From NCBI RefSeq assembly GCF_006345805.1, contig NC_043006.1, forward strand, positions 24,366,001-24,430,000: a stretch of 64,000 nucleotides of DNA. The letters run 5' to 3'. Made by a program: the position numbers and the translations under genes. Source of the stretch: Octopus sinensis. Lineage: Eukaryota. The notes under the pieces are model-generated. The model saw only the letters and a list, made by a program, of their open reading frames with translations. It ran no database searches and was not told where the DNA came from. Positions 13,031 through 25,764 of the stretch are shown piece by piece (position 1 is the stretch's first letter; each line of letters begins with the position of its first letter).

Positions 13031-14410
13031 ATGATAACAAAAACAACAATATATACATTTTTGAGGGCTTTTGTTTCTCGATAAATTGTGCACACAGACT
13101 TCCATATAGTACTTGTCTATCAAATTCCTTCACAAGGCACTTGTCAAACTGAGGGTATAGGGAAAAGGCAATTGCCAAAAGACCTGTGCTGTGAGATCAA
13201 ACTTGGAACTGCATTGTTACAAAACAGACTTCCTAATCACCTAGCCATGACTACACTTATATCCTTTACTGAATACGCAGACACTTTGATCCACCCCCAT
13301 CCCCCGGTACATTCCCCCACCCCACAAAAACATATTCTAAATAATACATTCAGCTAAAATTTGCTTAAAGTACATTAATTTACATGAATGTTGTTTTTTG
13401 TTATATATTGAAAAATCATCACATAATTTATATCTATCAATTAATATTACTAAGATAACATACACCGCACCTAAATGTCAAAGCCCTCCATGGAATGTGA
13501 AACCTCAGTAACAATAATGATTTACTGTATAATAAAGAAGTTGGTGTGTATTTCATTTGTCTCAACTCACAACAATAATATTTTATTCAATATAAATCTG
13601 TAATTGCTCAACCTCTATGGGGTCATTTAATATAGAAGCCAAATCTCACACTACTTACACTCTACCATCTATAAAAGGGTGAACACACTACTGGATAAGG
13701 TAGTCCTATGATGGTCAGAGCTAGAATGTCTTTGATCGTAAATCCCTACTCTTTATGCTTAAATTCAAGCTGAAATATTAAACAAGTAAATTTGCAGTTT
13801 GAGATAGACACCAACAGACTATTAGTAAATACCCAGCCCTTTCATGTCGTACCATCAAATAAAACAGCTGTACTTGAAGTAAAACCCTCAGACTTAAAGA
13901 AAATAAGAGGAGCTTTTTCTTTTCACTTTTTTTTTTTTACCCGACATGAAATAACCTGAATTAAAGTTGGAAAGAAGCAAGTCAGTGACACAACTAATAG
14001 GGATGATTTAAAACCTGACCCTAACTTCCTTAAAGTCATGAAATATTTAAAATATTCAAATGAGGATTTTAACCAAAAGCATGGATATTTGCCGTTGATA
14101 GATTGGTAGTGTGTAGCTATAAATATATTTTGGAAATAAAACATTGAAAGTATGACATGTGAACTTTGTCAACCAAATATGATGAAAATAGTATTAAATA
14201 AAGTGTGTGCGTGCACACACACACACACACAGCAAATATTGAACAGTGAGAATGAGAATTGTTGAGATTTCTCCCTACATGAAACCATTATTGGTAGCCT
14301 TGTTAATCTATAAAAAAACCCAGTATATATATATATATATAGATAGATAGATATAATGTATGTATATATATATTTATAATAAGTGTAGATCGTATATATG
14401 TGTATGTATG

Positions 14411-14448
<38 letters not shown>

Positions 14449-15135
14449 TATACACACACACACACACACACATATACAGAAGGTGGCAAAGTTACGTCAG
14501 AGTAGAAAAACAGAACATGAATACATACACATGAAGAGAAATTAGAAACTAACTTACAAGTAAATATATTTAATTGCTAATTACCATAAAATATAAAAGT
14601 CCTTACTAATTTTTTTTCCACAACATGTAGTACATAAATGTGGAAGTTTGAAGATACCCATATCACAGCAGTTATTAAAACAGCGACTCTACTCGTAAAG
14701 GCAGGAGCTGCTAGTGAATTGTTAAAATGTCAAATAGCTTCACTATTACAAAAAGTCACGACACTTAAAACGGTTCCACATGGCTGACTCACCTTCAGAG
14801 TTAGTATAGATTTCACATTTATTCAGACCTATATATCTTCTTCATTTTTGTTTTGTATTTATCCTGTGAATAGCTAAATTATTTTATCACACACAGAATA
14901 TTAAGTCCCATAACACTACTCAACCCTTATCATTTGTTGCATAGTAAGTGCACCCATAATACCACTAGCACAACCAAAAATAATACAAATAATAAAAATA
15001 GATTGTTGCCTAAAATAGCATGACCTGTGTAGCTTAAGTATAGCAGTTGAAAGAGTTTCTCTTTGGGAGTTCAATGCCTTTTGTCATTGTCAAAAGACAG
15101 GACTGAAGCAAAATCATAATATTGTATAGTAATGA

Positions 15136-16050
15136 CATCATCATCATCATCATCATCATCATTTAACGTCCGCTTTCCATGCTAGCATGGGTTGGACGGT
15201 TCAACTGGGGTCTGGGGAGCCCGAAAGCTGCACCAGTCCAGTCAGATCTGGCAGTGTTTCTACAGCTGGATGCCCTTCCTAACGCCAACCACTCCGAGAG
15301 TGTAGTGGGTGATTTTATGTGCCACCGACACAGGTGCCAGACGAGGCTGACAAACGGCCACGCTCGGATGGTGTTTTTTATGTGCCACCGACACAGGTGC
15401 CAGACGAGGCTGGCAGACGGCCACGCTCGGATGGTGTTTTTTATGTGCCACCGACACAGGTGCCAGACGAGGCTGGCAGACGGCCACGCTCGGATGGTGT
15501 TTTTTATGTGCCACCGACACAGGTGCCAGACGAGGCTGGCAGACGGCCACGCTCGGATGGTGTTTTTTATGTGCCACCGACACAGGTGCCAGATGAGGCT
15601 GGCAAACGGCCACGATCGGATGGTGCTTGTTACGTGCCCACAGCACGGAGGCCAGTCGATGCGGTACTGGCTACGGCCACGTTCGGATGGTTTTCTTATG
15701 TGCCACGTGCCACCGGCACTGGTACCACAAAGATACAAATTCCATTGATGTTCATCTATTTTGATTTGTTTTGATTTGATTTGATTTGATTTTCACTTGC
15801 CTCAACAGGTCTTCACAAGTGTCACAAGAAGGAAGGTATGCACAGGTGGACTGACTACGTCCCAGGTAGGGGCCATGGGTTATGGCCTGACTAGTCTTGC
15901 CGGGTCTTCGGATGGTGTTTTTATGTGCCACCGACACAGGTGCTAGATGAGGCTGGCGAACGGCCACGATCGGATGGTGTTTGTCATGTGCCCACCGCAC
16001 TGACTACGGCACTGATGGATTTCTTGTGTGCCACAGGCACTGGTACCACA
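15136..16050 (-). mobile_element. RTE-type 3' end with (CAT)n tail and internal minisatellite
   Basis: (cat)n at 15136-15162 followed by tttaacgtccgctttccatgctagcatggg and ggatgcccttcctaacgcc, the same 3' end as the 7795 LINE. Confidence 0.8.
15313..15627. repeat. 63-bp minisatellite, 5 near-identical copies plus degenerate copies to about 16010
   Basis: Unit ttttatgtgccaccgacacaggtgccagacgaggctggcagacggccacgctcggatggtgtt starts at 15313, 15376, 15439, 15502 and 15565. Confidence 0.95.
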
Positions 16051-16299
16051 AGATCTGAATACCAAACCTCTAGTTTCTGGAGGTGTTAACTTTCTGGTTA
16101 TAAGTGAATGGCAAATGAGAAAAATAACTTTTGCTGAGATTTTATCTAAGCTTATTCAGGAAATATTTTTTTTACTACTTCACTTTAATTTTTCTCTCAT
16201 TGCTTGGGCAGGGTGATTTATATTATTGGAACAGTTTTTTTTTTTATAGATAGATGATAACCATTCAATTGTGAAATATGAAATCTGTTTCTAAGAAGC

Positions 16300-16850
16300 A
16301 TTGAAAGAGTCTCCATTTTGATAATTCAAGAGTGTCTCAAGGATGAATTTGTTGTATATCATTGTGGTTAATGGTAGAGCCTCAAACCCTCAATGCTTTT
16401 TGGCTGGGAATGGCATACAATACAAAGCATAAAACATCAATCTTCAGATTTTGAAGGATAGAAGGCTCCACTGACAATTCTCTAATTGGTCCCTGCACTT
16501 CCTGTCACTGGCCCTGCTTGCTTAGAGGTACATCATACCATCAACCAGTATTTTATTCATAAAAGATTTCTGTGCTGTTGAAATGTGGGCACAAACTAAG
16601 AATGTTTCATTTGCAACTGAAGGATGAGGTATAGAAATGGAAGAGATGGGCTCAGTATAATAGGCAACATCTAAAACCCTGATCATTATCCAATTAAAGT
16701 CCATGTTATGTTGAATCATATTGGCCTGATCTGTCCTATAATACAATTCACCAAAGACTCCTCCTGGGCACCAGTTTCCATACTTTTCAGGACATGCATT
16801 ATTTCAATGGTAGGAACTTCAAACTTTGGAATATATTTTCATGACTATCT
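16300..16850 (-). mobile_element. Highly decayed LINE reverse-transcriptase remnant
   Basis: PTIEIMHVLKSMETG (EEI..LK.MK.GK-like), YYTEPISSISIPH (YRPISLLS-like) and ASDRKCRDQL (GFR..RSC.DQL-like), across frameshifts. Confidence 0.45.
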
Positions 16851-17089
16851 ATTGCTAATTACAACTAACATCTAACAAGAAATATATCATGCAAAAATAA
16901 AGTCAACATCAACCACAGCATTTCCATTCGAGAAATGTAGAGCAAATAAAAATTCTGTAGGGAGTACAGCACGGTTCATTTCCAATCCAGCAACAAAAGT
17001 AGGAAGACAATGTTAAGTAGAGAAGAGTCTTTAGATTTATTAGGGAGAAACAACCAATCTAGTGTTGATGAACAGAGATAATACACCCA

Positions 17090-17285
17090 GGCACTTGACA
17101 ATTTTCTCTCTGTTGTCACATATTGTTTCCACTGTAGACATTGTAAAATTTAATGTTTTGGCAGCTTAGTCTTATTTCTGCATTGTCTTTTTAAAACATC
17201 AAGTTTTGTACCCAGTTTTGAATCTTTTACAGTTCCTTTTTGCACTACTGTCTACTGATCTACTTGATAGCTTTTTTCCAGACAT
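17090..17285 (-). mobile_element. Tigger/pogo transposase N-terminal remnant
   Basis: MSGKKLSSRSVDSSAKR...AKTLNFTMSTVETICDNREKIVK resembles the HTH_psq region. It contains stops. Confidence 0.55.
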
Positions 17286-18239
17286 TTTAAATTGAAGGTA
17301 AATCCAACAGCAGCATTAATTAATTATCCACAATAAATATGTAGTAAAAAAATTGTGAGAATGGAAAATTGTCATATTCCTATTGATGCAATAATGTAAA
17401 TGAGACGAAAAGATGAATGAAGAGAAAGTACTATATGATTACAGCAGTTAACTGAAGATTCACCAGATTTTGTAAGCAATTCACCCCTTGCACTTCTGAC
17501 TTAAGACATAAATACACAGACACACACACACTAATGCAAACACTCATAGACACAATGACACATACAAACTTATGCACACATGTGTTGGCATACATGCTGA
17601 TATCTGTTGTGGCCAGCTGGATTCAAAAGCTGGTGGGTTGAGAGTAGTGATGACGTGGATTACATTGGTTTAGACGTTTGTGATGGTGAGTGGATAATGT
17701 TGGTGCTGTGGTGGTTATACTGTTCTTGCTAATTGCGTTGCAGCTGTTTAGTCTCAAGTCAATCACAGACCTAAAATCAAAGACATTTCATTCAACTTTC
17801 AAAATACACTAGGATATGACATTATATGTTTTTATTTGAAATGGATTTGCTTATCTATTTCATGGTCGATATTACTGTTGCAGTCAGTGGTTGTGTTGGT
17901 GTTGATAACAGAAACACACACACACACACACCCATATTATTATGTCATGGATATTGTGTGTGTGTGTGTGTGTGTACAATTTTTCAAACCATTAACTATA
18001 TACTTTGATCTTAACTGAAACACAAGTGGCCATTGAGCTAAGATGAAAGTGTAGTTTTAAATTAACAATTCAAAACTATGCAATACAAATTTCCACAAGA
18101 GTGAAATTACAGATTGCATCCTGAAATTTATGGTCATACATCCTAATTTTTATAAGAGCAAAATCCTGTAACCTGAGGTAGCCATATTGTGAGAGATGCC
18201 AGTATGTCCCATACCTATTTGAATTAACCTAAAGTTTAC

Positions 18240-18291
<52 letters not shown>

Positions 18292-18292
<1 letters not shown>

Positions 18293-20098
18293 TAGCAGAA
18301 GCACCTGGCGTTGCCTGGGAATGAAATATTTCCTTATATATTGGAAGAAAAAAGCAAAATATGTTGTATGAAATTTGCTATTCTAAATTCAATTTATTCT
18401 TCAATTGGGTTACAATTTATTCTTTAATTGGGAAATAAATTCTGAATTATCATTAATAATAATAATAAATGAAAATATAAGATTTACCACTTTTATGAAA
18501 GCAGATAAATTCTACCATATATGTTGAAGGAAATTATGTAAGAGCTTCTGGGTAAGCAACATTCTTTTTTTTCCTGGTTTGGTGCATAGACAAATAAGTC
18601 TTGCAAACTACCTGCCCTTGAGTAACCAGCATAAAGTTGACCATGAGAAAAGCAAGCCAGTAGATTTCAAAGACTGAACTTGAGCTTTATTAATAAACAT
18701 TGCAAAGCAAAGTTGCACTGGGAATTGTGTTCATTTGAACTCAAATGGTATGTCTGTTGGTTTGATTGGAATTGTTGGAATGAAAACCTCTTTCCCAGTG
18801 ATGATGGTAGCTTCTGTTACATTAGGTGATAATGTCTTTACAATCAATGTTTCTTAGAAGCATTATTGGAACTCCTACCTTCAGAAAAAGTTTATGTAGA
18901 GGAGTTTCAGGTGGCTCAAGAGAACTAAGTAACGCTGTTGCGTAATGGACAGCTTGATTTTCATCAAGGACTGAATCCACTGATTTGTACTTCTTAAAGA
19001 CTGTTGGAATCTTATTCATTAATTCATGGTTAATCCTTGCTACTGTCTCATTTTTTGGAGCAAGAATTGCCCTTTCACACAATGTGAATTATAATTATTA
19101 CTTAAGGCTGGAAATACCCTGTACTTTAATTCAGCTGGGGAATTCAACATGATAGCAATATGAGCCAAATTGATATCACCATTCCCATCAAATGGTTCTT
19201 TCCCATTTCCTAACTGGAGGAGCCAGGTTGAAAACTGTTTTGCACATTGGTCCCCATGGAATAAAGCTCGCACATTAGTAGTGAAGGAGAATTTCAGTAC
19301 TGTGAAGATTTAATGCATGCTTTTATTTCATCAGATCTTGTTCATCTCAGAATGACTGATAATGTCTGTCTGAAGTCTCTTGGTAAAACTAATGTAACTC
19401 CTTCCATAGATTTATTGTTGCCGCTGATGTCCCGTAAGGCAGTGCTACTCAAACTGGTGGTCCATGGACCAGTGCTGGTCTACGAGCCATCAGCTGCTGG
19501 TATGCGGTGAGTTTCCAGGAAAGAATGAAACATAAAATGCTTATAAAATGCTTATATAATATAGTATTATTTGTTTACAAAATAAATATAAGATTTTTTT
19601 TTAAAATGATCAACTTTTATTATATTCATTGTATATATTGTTTCCAGTATAAATTAATATTACTAAGAAATATTACCGGCCCCTGACACACTGGAAAAAA
19701 AACAAAAACCTGCTGGTACACCACATCAGATAGTTTGAGAAGCTCTGCTGTAAGGTCTTAGCAAGAGCTTCCATTGCACCTCTGTATGACATGGTGCATT
19801 CATCCCAAATGATAAGGTGGCATTGGCACAACACTTCTGCTGAACCTGAATCTTTGCTTATGTTACAAATCAGACTGTCACTTGTGACCAGGTTTAGTGG
19901 TAATTTAAAAGCAGAATGAGCTGTTCATCCTCCTGGGAGAATGGTGGCAGTAAAGCCAGATAATGGTACAGCAACTGCAATTCTTTTTTGTTGCCTTACC
20001 TTGGAGAGAAGCAATGTTACAAATATTTTACGTGTGTCACCAGGAGCATCAAGAAAGAAAATTCCTCTGTTTTTTCTGCGATTGTGGAACACCGCATG
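18292..20098 (-). mobile_element. Helitron 3' portion: degenerate Pif1-family helicase and 3' terminus
   Basis: FFLDAPGDTRK, TAHSAFKLPL, LIIWDECTM, RDFRQTL, RAILAPKNETV, LKVGVPIMLLRN and QFPVQLCFAMFINKAQ. The 3' hairpin (cccaggcaacgccagg) is followed by terminal CTAG at 18295-18292. Confidence 0.92.
19440..19747. mobile_element. hAT-type MITE inserted in the Helitron helicase
   Basis: TIRs cagtgctactcaaac / gtttgagaagctctg. 8-bp TSD ccgtaagg / ctgtaagg. The helicase frame resumes on both sides. Confidence 0.85.
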
Positions 20099-20157
20099 CA
20101 CACACACACACACACACAGAGATACATAGAGTACCAAACATCAGATGAAATGGACAG

Positions 20158-20248
<91 letters not shown>

Positions 20249-20524
20249 GTGAGTGCCATTTAGACATCGCTCTCTCTCTCACACACACACACACATACAT
20301 ACAAAAAAGATGTATGCATATGTATTTATGCATGTACATATACATGACAACACATCCCTTCACTCACTCACACACACACACACATACATAAATGTATACA
20401 AATTAAAAAATCTTTACGGAAATTAACGAAGTGTGCGAGTTCAAGCAAAATAATGCCCATATTCTTTGGATGCCCCATGTTGAATCGCAAAATATTAATG
20501 TGATATTTGTGTAATAACGAAATC

Positions 20525-20581
<57 letters not shown>

Positions 20582-20620
20582 TGTGTGTGTGTGTGTGTGT
20601 GAGTGAGAGAGAGAGAGGGG
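20097..20620. repeat. Compound (CA)n/(GT)n/(GA)n microsatellite cluster
   Basis: Directly visible long dinucleotide runs. Confidence 0.95.
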
Positions 20621-20869
20621 GGAGAACATTGCAAACAATGAATGAGATAAACATGGAATGAAAAAATCATATAAATAAAAGCACATTGAAAACTATTTTG
20701 AACTGAATATTCAAATTTGTGAACTTAGTAAATATTTCTTTCAGTAATCTATCGTAGTTGTTTACAAATAGTGAATTAAAACTTGAAATGAAAACATTAA
20801 AATAGAGTGAGAGACTTCACTGTTCTTATGTCAATACTGGAAGTTGACAACAAAAATATCTTGGGCCCA

Positions 20870-21600
20870 AAGTCACAATCCCAGAGTGAAACACAGCACA
20901 GGATCTGAGAATTGACATGAGCAATGATGCATCATTTCATGTACATATCACCAAGATGGTGGCAATGTGCAAGCAAATGGTTGGCTGGATTCTGAGAACT
21001 TTCATAACAAGAGACCAGGAAACTATGGAGAATATTTGTTCTCGGCCATCTGGACTAATACTCTTAACTATGATTACCCCACAGTGTCAAACTAACAGTG
21101 GAACTTGAGGCAGTTCAGCAGTACTACACCAAGAAGATTGCATCAATGACTGAAAGAATTGTGACACTACACCCTGGAGTGAAGGCAGGAGAAATATGTG
21201 GTAATATACATGTGGAAGATTCTAGAGGAACCAGCACCAAGAGTAATACCAGTTTCCAAACAGCATGCCACTGCAATGTTCTAAAGGTCCTATCCATCCA
21301 GCTAGAGTGAGAACCAGGTCCTGCCATCGTTTGAGGTTCAAAGACCCACAGATATTTAGTATCTTGTCAAAAAACCTGAAAGATCAATGTGAAGTTGGGG
21401 TAGAAGTTTCCAAGAAGCACCTTGTCTTTCTGTTGTCCCAGATCTCAGATGAGCCTACATCATGGAAAGAAACTCAAACAAGGACAGTAATATCAAACTC
21501 TCTTCTTCACCAAAAGCCAACCACATAAGATTGGCCATTGAAAAAGTGACTATACTGGTGATGCACCAGCATGGCCATAGTCTAACCCAATATGCAGGTA
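20870..21600 (+). mobile_element. CR1-group LINE 3' fragment
   Basis: DLRIDMSNDASFHVHITKMV..KQMVGWILRTF.TR and ELEAVQQYYTKKI are typical post-RT C-terminal motifs. Confidence 0.75.
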
Positions 21601-21943
21601 GAACCAAAAATCTTGTGATTATGTACTGATCTCTGTATCCACATAAGCATGCTTGTGTTTATGTAAATATTACAATTTGTTCATCTCTAAAGATGAGGCT
21701 AATAAACCAAAAATTGATAATCCTTTTAACAATAACTCATTTCAGACATTTAAAAAATTCAGTGCAAAGTATTATGCAATTTAGGACAAATATTTCGACA
21801 ATTACATGCAAATATAAGTTAGGGTTAACAATTTTAGGTTTATTATAGTGTGTCTCAATAATATATACATACAAGGAAGGATAAGTTACAACTGTATGCA
21901 TTATATGAAAGCCTTCAGGTCAATAATTAATTGCTATATAATT

Positions 21944-22220
21944 ACAATTGCAGTGTACAAGCCATTTAAAAGCACACAAAAACCATTAGATTCACTTCAA
22001 CATTTAAATTTAATTTGTCAAAATATTTTTGTCACTTTGAAACCACAACCTGTTCACTGATAAAATTCCATGCTATATCACAAAATTTTGTCAGTGAACA
22101 AGTCGCGGTTTCAAAGTGATGAAAATATTTTGACAAATTAAATTTAAACGTTGAAGTGAATCTAATGGGTTTTTGTGTGTTTTTTAAATGACTTATAAAC
22201 ACCTTCCACGCTGCAATTGT
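21944..22220. repeat. About 275-bp imperfect fold-back (arms about 125-135 bp)
   Basis: acaattgcag...cattagattcacttcaacatttaaatttaatttgtcaaaatattt...gttcactgataaaatt is mirrored by aattttgtcagtgaac...ctgcaattgt. Confidence 0.9.
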
Positions 22221-23809
22221 TTTTGTTTCAGCACACGATCTCAGATCAGGTCATTTGCTATGCAAATAATATATCTCCAAAATTTAAATAATTATCTTTG
22301 CCTAAATTGTAAAATCAAGTAAGAGAAAACATAACAGCAAATGATATTTAAGGTGTAAGTTCCAAGGTGATCTTAGCTTTTCATCTTTCCAGAATGCATA
22401 AAATAAGCACCAGTCATGTATTAGTGTCTAAATTAACTGACCTAAAAATGTAAAGCCTTCTACTGTCTATATTAAAAATTATTATTTACAATATAAATGT
22501 GAGGTTATACACAATATTGTAGTATTTCTTAGTGTTTATCAAATTCTATGCAATGTAAGTAGCAGTAGCAGCAAAACATACACATTCTCCTTGGCAGAAA
22601 CTATGTTGATATAAAAATCACAAAAATAGCTGTGAACCTGTTAAGAAAAAAACATCATCAGTACAAGTCTACTAGTTATACAAGCAGCAATAATTCCAAG
22701 AAAATCTTGGAATCCACCGTCATAGATCACCAAAAGTGGTAAACTAAAGGTATTGAAGTAGTGAAGAATAATAGTAGACTAAGCACTGCTCAAGGAAATA
22801 GTAGTTGGTAGTCAGCCACAGTTCAGACATAAACATCTAAAGTTCTTTCATAGTTTCTTTCAATTAATACAACTACAAATATTAAAAAAAAACAAAAACA
22901 AAAACGAAAAGCTGAAAATATTTATAAGTCTGTCATCTCATATGTTTTAGAGATTTTTGAAAAAGTAAACTGAGAATAGTAGAAAGATAGTTTTTTTTTC
23001 TTTCTAAATTGAAAAGGATGTGTAGTCCCCGTGCTCCTTTAGAGAGCATCCAAGACTGATAGCAGGACAGTATCCTCAAAGCAGAAGGTAACATATCAAA
23101 CTAGAGAATAAAGCTAAGAACAAAGTGGCCACCACTAAAGATAGTCAAGGGCCAGGTAGTAGTGATGTTGAATTGGACAATAGTTTCAGTCAAGTTTATT
23201 AATTAAATTCCAGCTTCTGTCAACAAAACAGAATTAGTTTTCTTATTGACAGGTAATCCCGCCAACTTCCCAAAGAATTACAAAAACAAATAAAGAACTC
23301 TTTTTTGCAGTAAATCTACTCAAGTGAAGAATAGATGAAATAAAATTTTCAAAATCTAGCAAGAAATATATCGATCATACTATCACCAAAATAATGTAGC
23401 ATGCTGTTAAAAGAAAGAAATCAAACTTTGGTTTAAAGGTAACATTCTTTTGTGATAAGCGCGGAAAAAAGAGGGAGGAGAAGAAGGAGAAAAAAATCCC
23501 TCATACTTACTTTAAAAGACTGTCCTACTTAATGGCAGAAAGGGCCGATGTTAAACAACACGAGCTGATTAATGGTTAAAAAGATTTGCTTTTGTTTTTA
23601 GAAGTTACACCGAACTGCAGGTTCACAGTTAATTTCTGTGAAGAGATACTAATGTTTAGAACACAATAATGGGAAAGAACGATAGCAAAATATCGAAGAG
23701 AGTTTGATAAGCTTTGCTACAAGTACTATGTATTACATACACAGACACACACACTAGCAGTAGATGTTCAACTAAAAATATGTGGGTGTTTATGAGTGTA
23801 TTCCCCCCC

Positions 23810-23841
<32 letters not shown>

Positions 23842-25080
23842 GTCTCTCATACACACAGTTATAGTAGTATGCATGAAAAACAAAAACAAAGTAGAAATGG
23901 TGATGAGAGGGGATAGGGGCAGGTGAGACTACAGCGATTACAGACCTGTTCACCATATATGTTGGTAAAATGATGAAGAGGCTTGCAGTAAGACAGAAGG
24001 AAAGGATGGTGGGTTAGGTTCCATTGAAGTATTTGGTAGGAGTGGTGATAGAATGACAGAATAGGAAAGAAGCAATTAGACATAACTTCAACATAAGTAA
24101 TTACACTTGCCCCTCCCTCCTCTGCCATAACCACAATTACCAAAGACAAATGACTATGTAGTAACAACTGTTCTAGTGTGGAGGACACTATATAATAATT
24201 AGCTGATGGGGGTAGGGGGTGATAAGGAGACAGGGAAGGAGGTAGAGTGAGAAAGGGGAGACTGAGAAAGGAGAAGGAGGAGAGTGAGAGAGCAAGAGAG
24301 AATGAAAAACGAGCAAGAATGTAAAGGCCTAGCCCATAGGTGAGGTACCAGTTTGACACCCTCTATCAATATGTTTTGACAAACTTCAGACTAGTTTATA
24401 CACATTCCAAACTATAAACAATAAATTAGCTTCGTCTCTCACTCTTTCAAAATGCCTCACATTTTCATATTCAGCATGGGCAAATATCATTTAACTGCTT
24501 TAATATCAACCTGCCTGAGATCACCTCTGGTTCTTTAATAAACAAAAAGTTTTCAAGTGCTTAACATTTAAATTAAGCTTTTATCGTTTTATGTAACAAC
24601 CTTCCTTTTATGTTTCAATACTGACTGGACCCCTTTGCAACAGCATTTCTTATGTAATATCTCGCTTATCACTTAAGTGGTTTTGAAAACAATCAAGAAA
24701 ATTTAGTCAAATAACTTTTCATTACAGAACAGGTATTTGGAATTTTAAACAAGGTTCTAAGGGAAGATATCCGTATTATCTTTTATCTTTTACTTGTTTC
24801 AGTCATTAGAGTGCAGCCATGCTGGGGCATTGCCTAAGGGGATTTTAGTTGAATGAATTGACCCCAGATTTTATTTTACTTTTTAAAGCCCAGTACTTAT
24901 TCTATTGGTCTCTATTGCTGACCTGCTAAGTTACGGGGATGTAAGCACACCAACACTAGTTGTCAAGCAGTGGTGGAGAACAAACAAAGACACACAGACT
25001 GGCTGCTTGTTTCTCTGGGATTGTTCAAATTGATGTAGACACCGCTGATGAGAATTCAATAAGATTTGAAAATCGATTAA

Positions 25081-25302
25081 CCCTTTAGTGTTCGCATTAT
25101 TCTGCCAAAATTAATGCTTTTTTATCCAAATTGTTTTGAACTAATCAAGCATTATTCTTGTAGCTATGAGATTTTGATGAGGTAGCTGTTAATTTTTAAA
25201 ACGGTATTGTAGGGTTGGTGTGAGAGACCAGATCTAGCCAGTTTGAACATAAAACAGGCAGAATACTTCTGGCCGGATATGGCCGGTTTAAATGCTAAAG
25301 GG
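25081..25302. mobile_element. piggyBac-type MITE (family A)
   Basis: TTAA|ccctttag ... ctaaaggg|TTAA. Confidence 0.85.
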
Positions 25303-25526
25303 TTAAGGTTGTTCGTCATTTCTTTTCAATCTATGGAGGAATAGTTAAATTAGCCCTGTTTAATTATCTACTATATAGGTTTTATGACAGGCTTCTTTCA
25401 GTTTCTGTCAATCAAATTTTTATATCCCACCACAGGTTGGTATGGATAAATTATACAGTGGAGGATTACTCAATATGTTCACATGACATACTTTGCTTTT
25501 TCTTTACTATAGGCATAAAGCCTTAA

Positions 25527-25746
25527 CCCTTTAGTGTTTAAACCGGCCATATCGGGCCAAAATTGTCTTCCTGTTTTATGCTCAAACCAGCCAGCACTGA
25601 CCTCTCTCACCTATCCTACAAAGCCATTCTAAAAGTAAACAGGGACATCATCAAAATCTCAGAGTTACAAGATGCTGTACAATTAATTTAAAACAATGTG
25701 ATTAAACAGGCTTTACATTTGACAGAGTAATCTGAATGCTAAAGGG
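25527..25746. mobile_element. piggyBac-type MITE (family A), inverted relative to the 25081 copy
   Basis: TTAA|ccctttagtgtttaaaccggccatatc ... atgctaaaggg|TTAA. Confidence 0.85.
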
Positions 25747-25764
25747 TTAAATATAGAAGGAACA

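Noticed and set aside
15795-15905. Multi-hairpin GC-rich insert tested for HDV or hammerhead folds
   Set aside because: No CUGANGA/GAAA core and no HDV nested pseudoknot could be built.
15163-16000. Four or more long overlapping ORFs with 21-aa repeats
   Set aside because: Artefact of a 63-bp (multiple of 3) minisatellite lacking stops in several frames.
19925-20686. Numerous ORFs with HT, CV, ER and SL repeats
   Set aside because: Translations of dinucleotide microsatellites. Only the helicase portion is meaningful.
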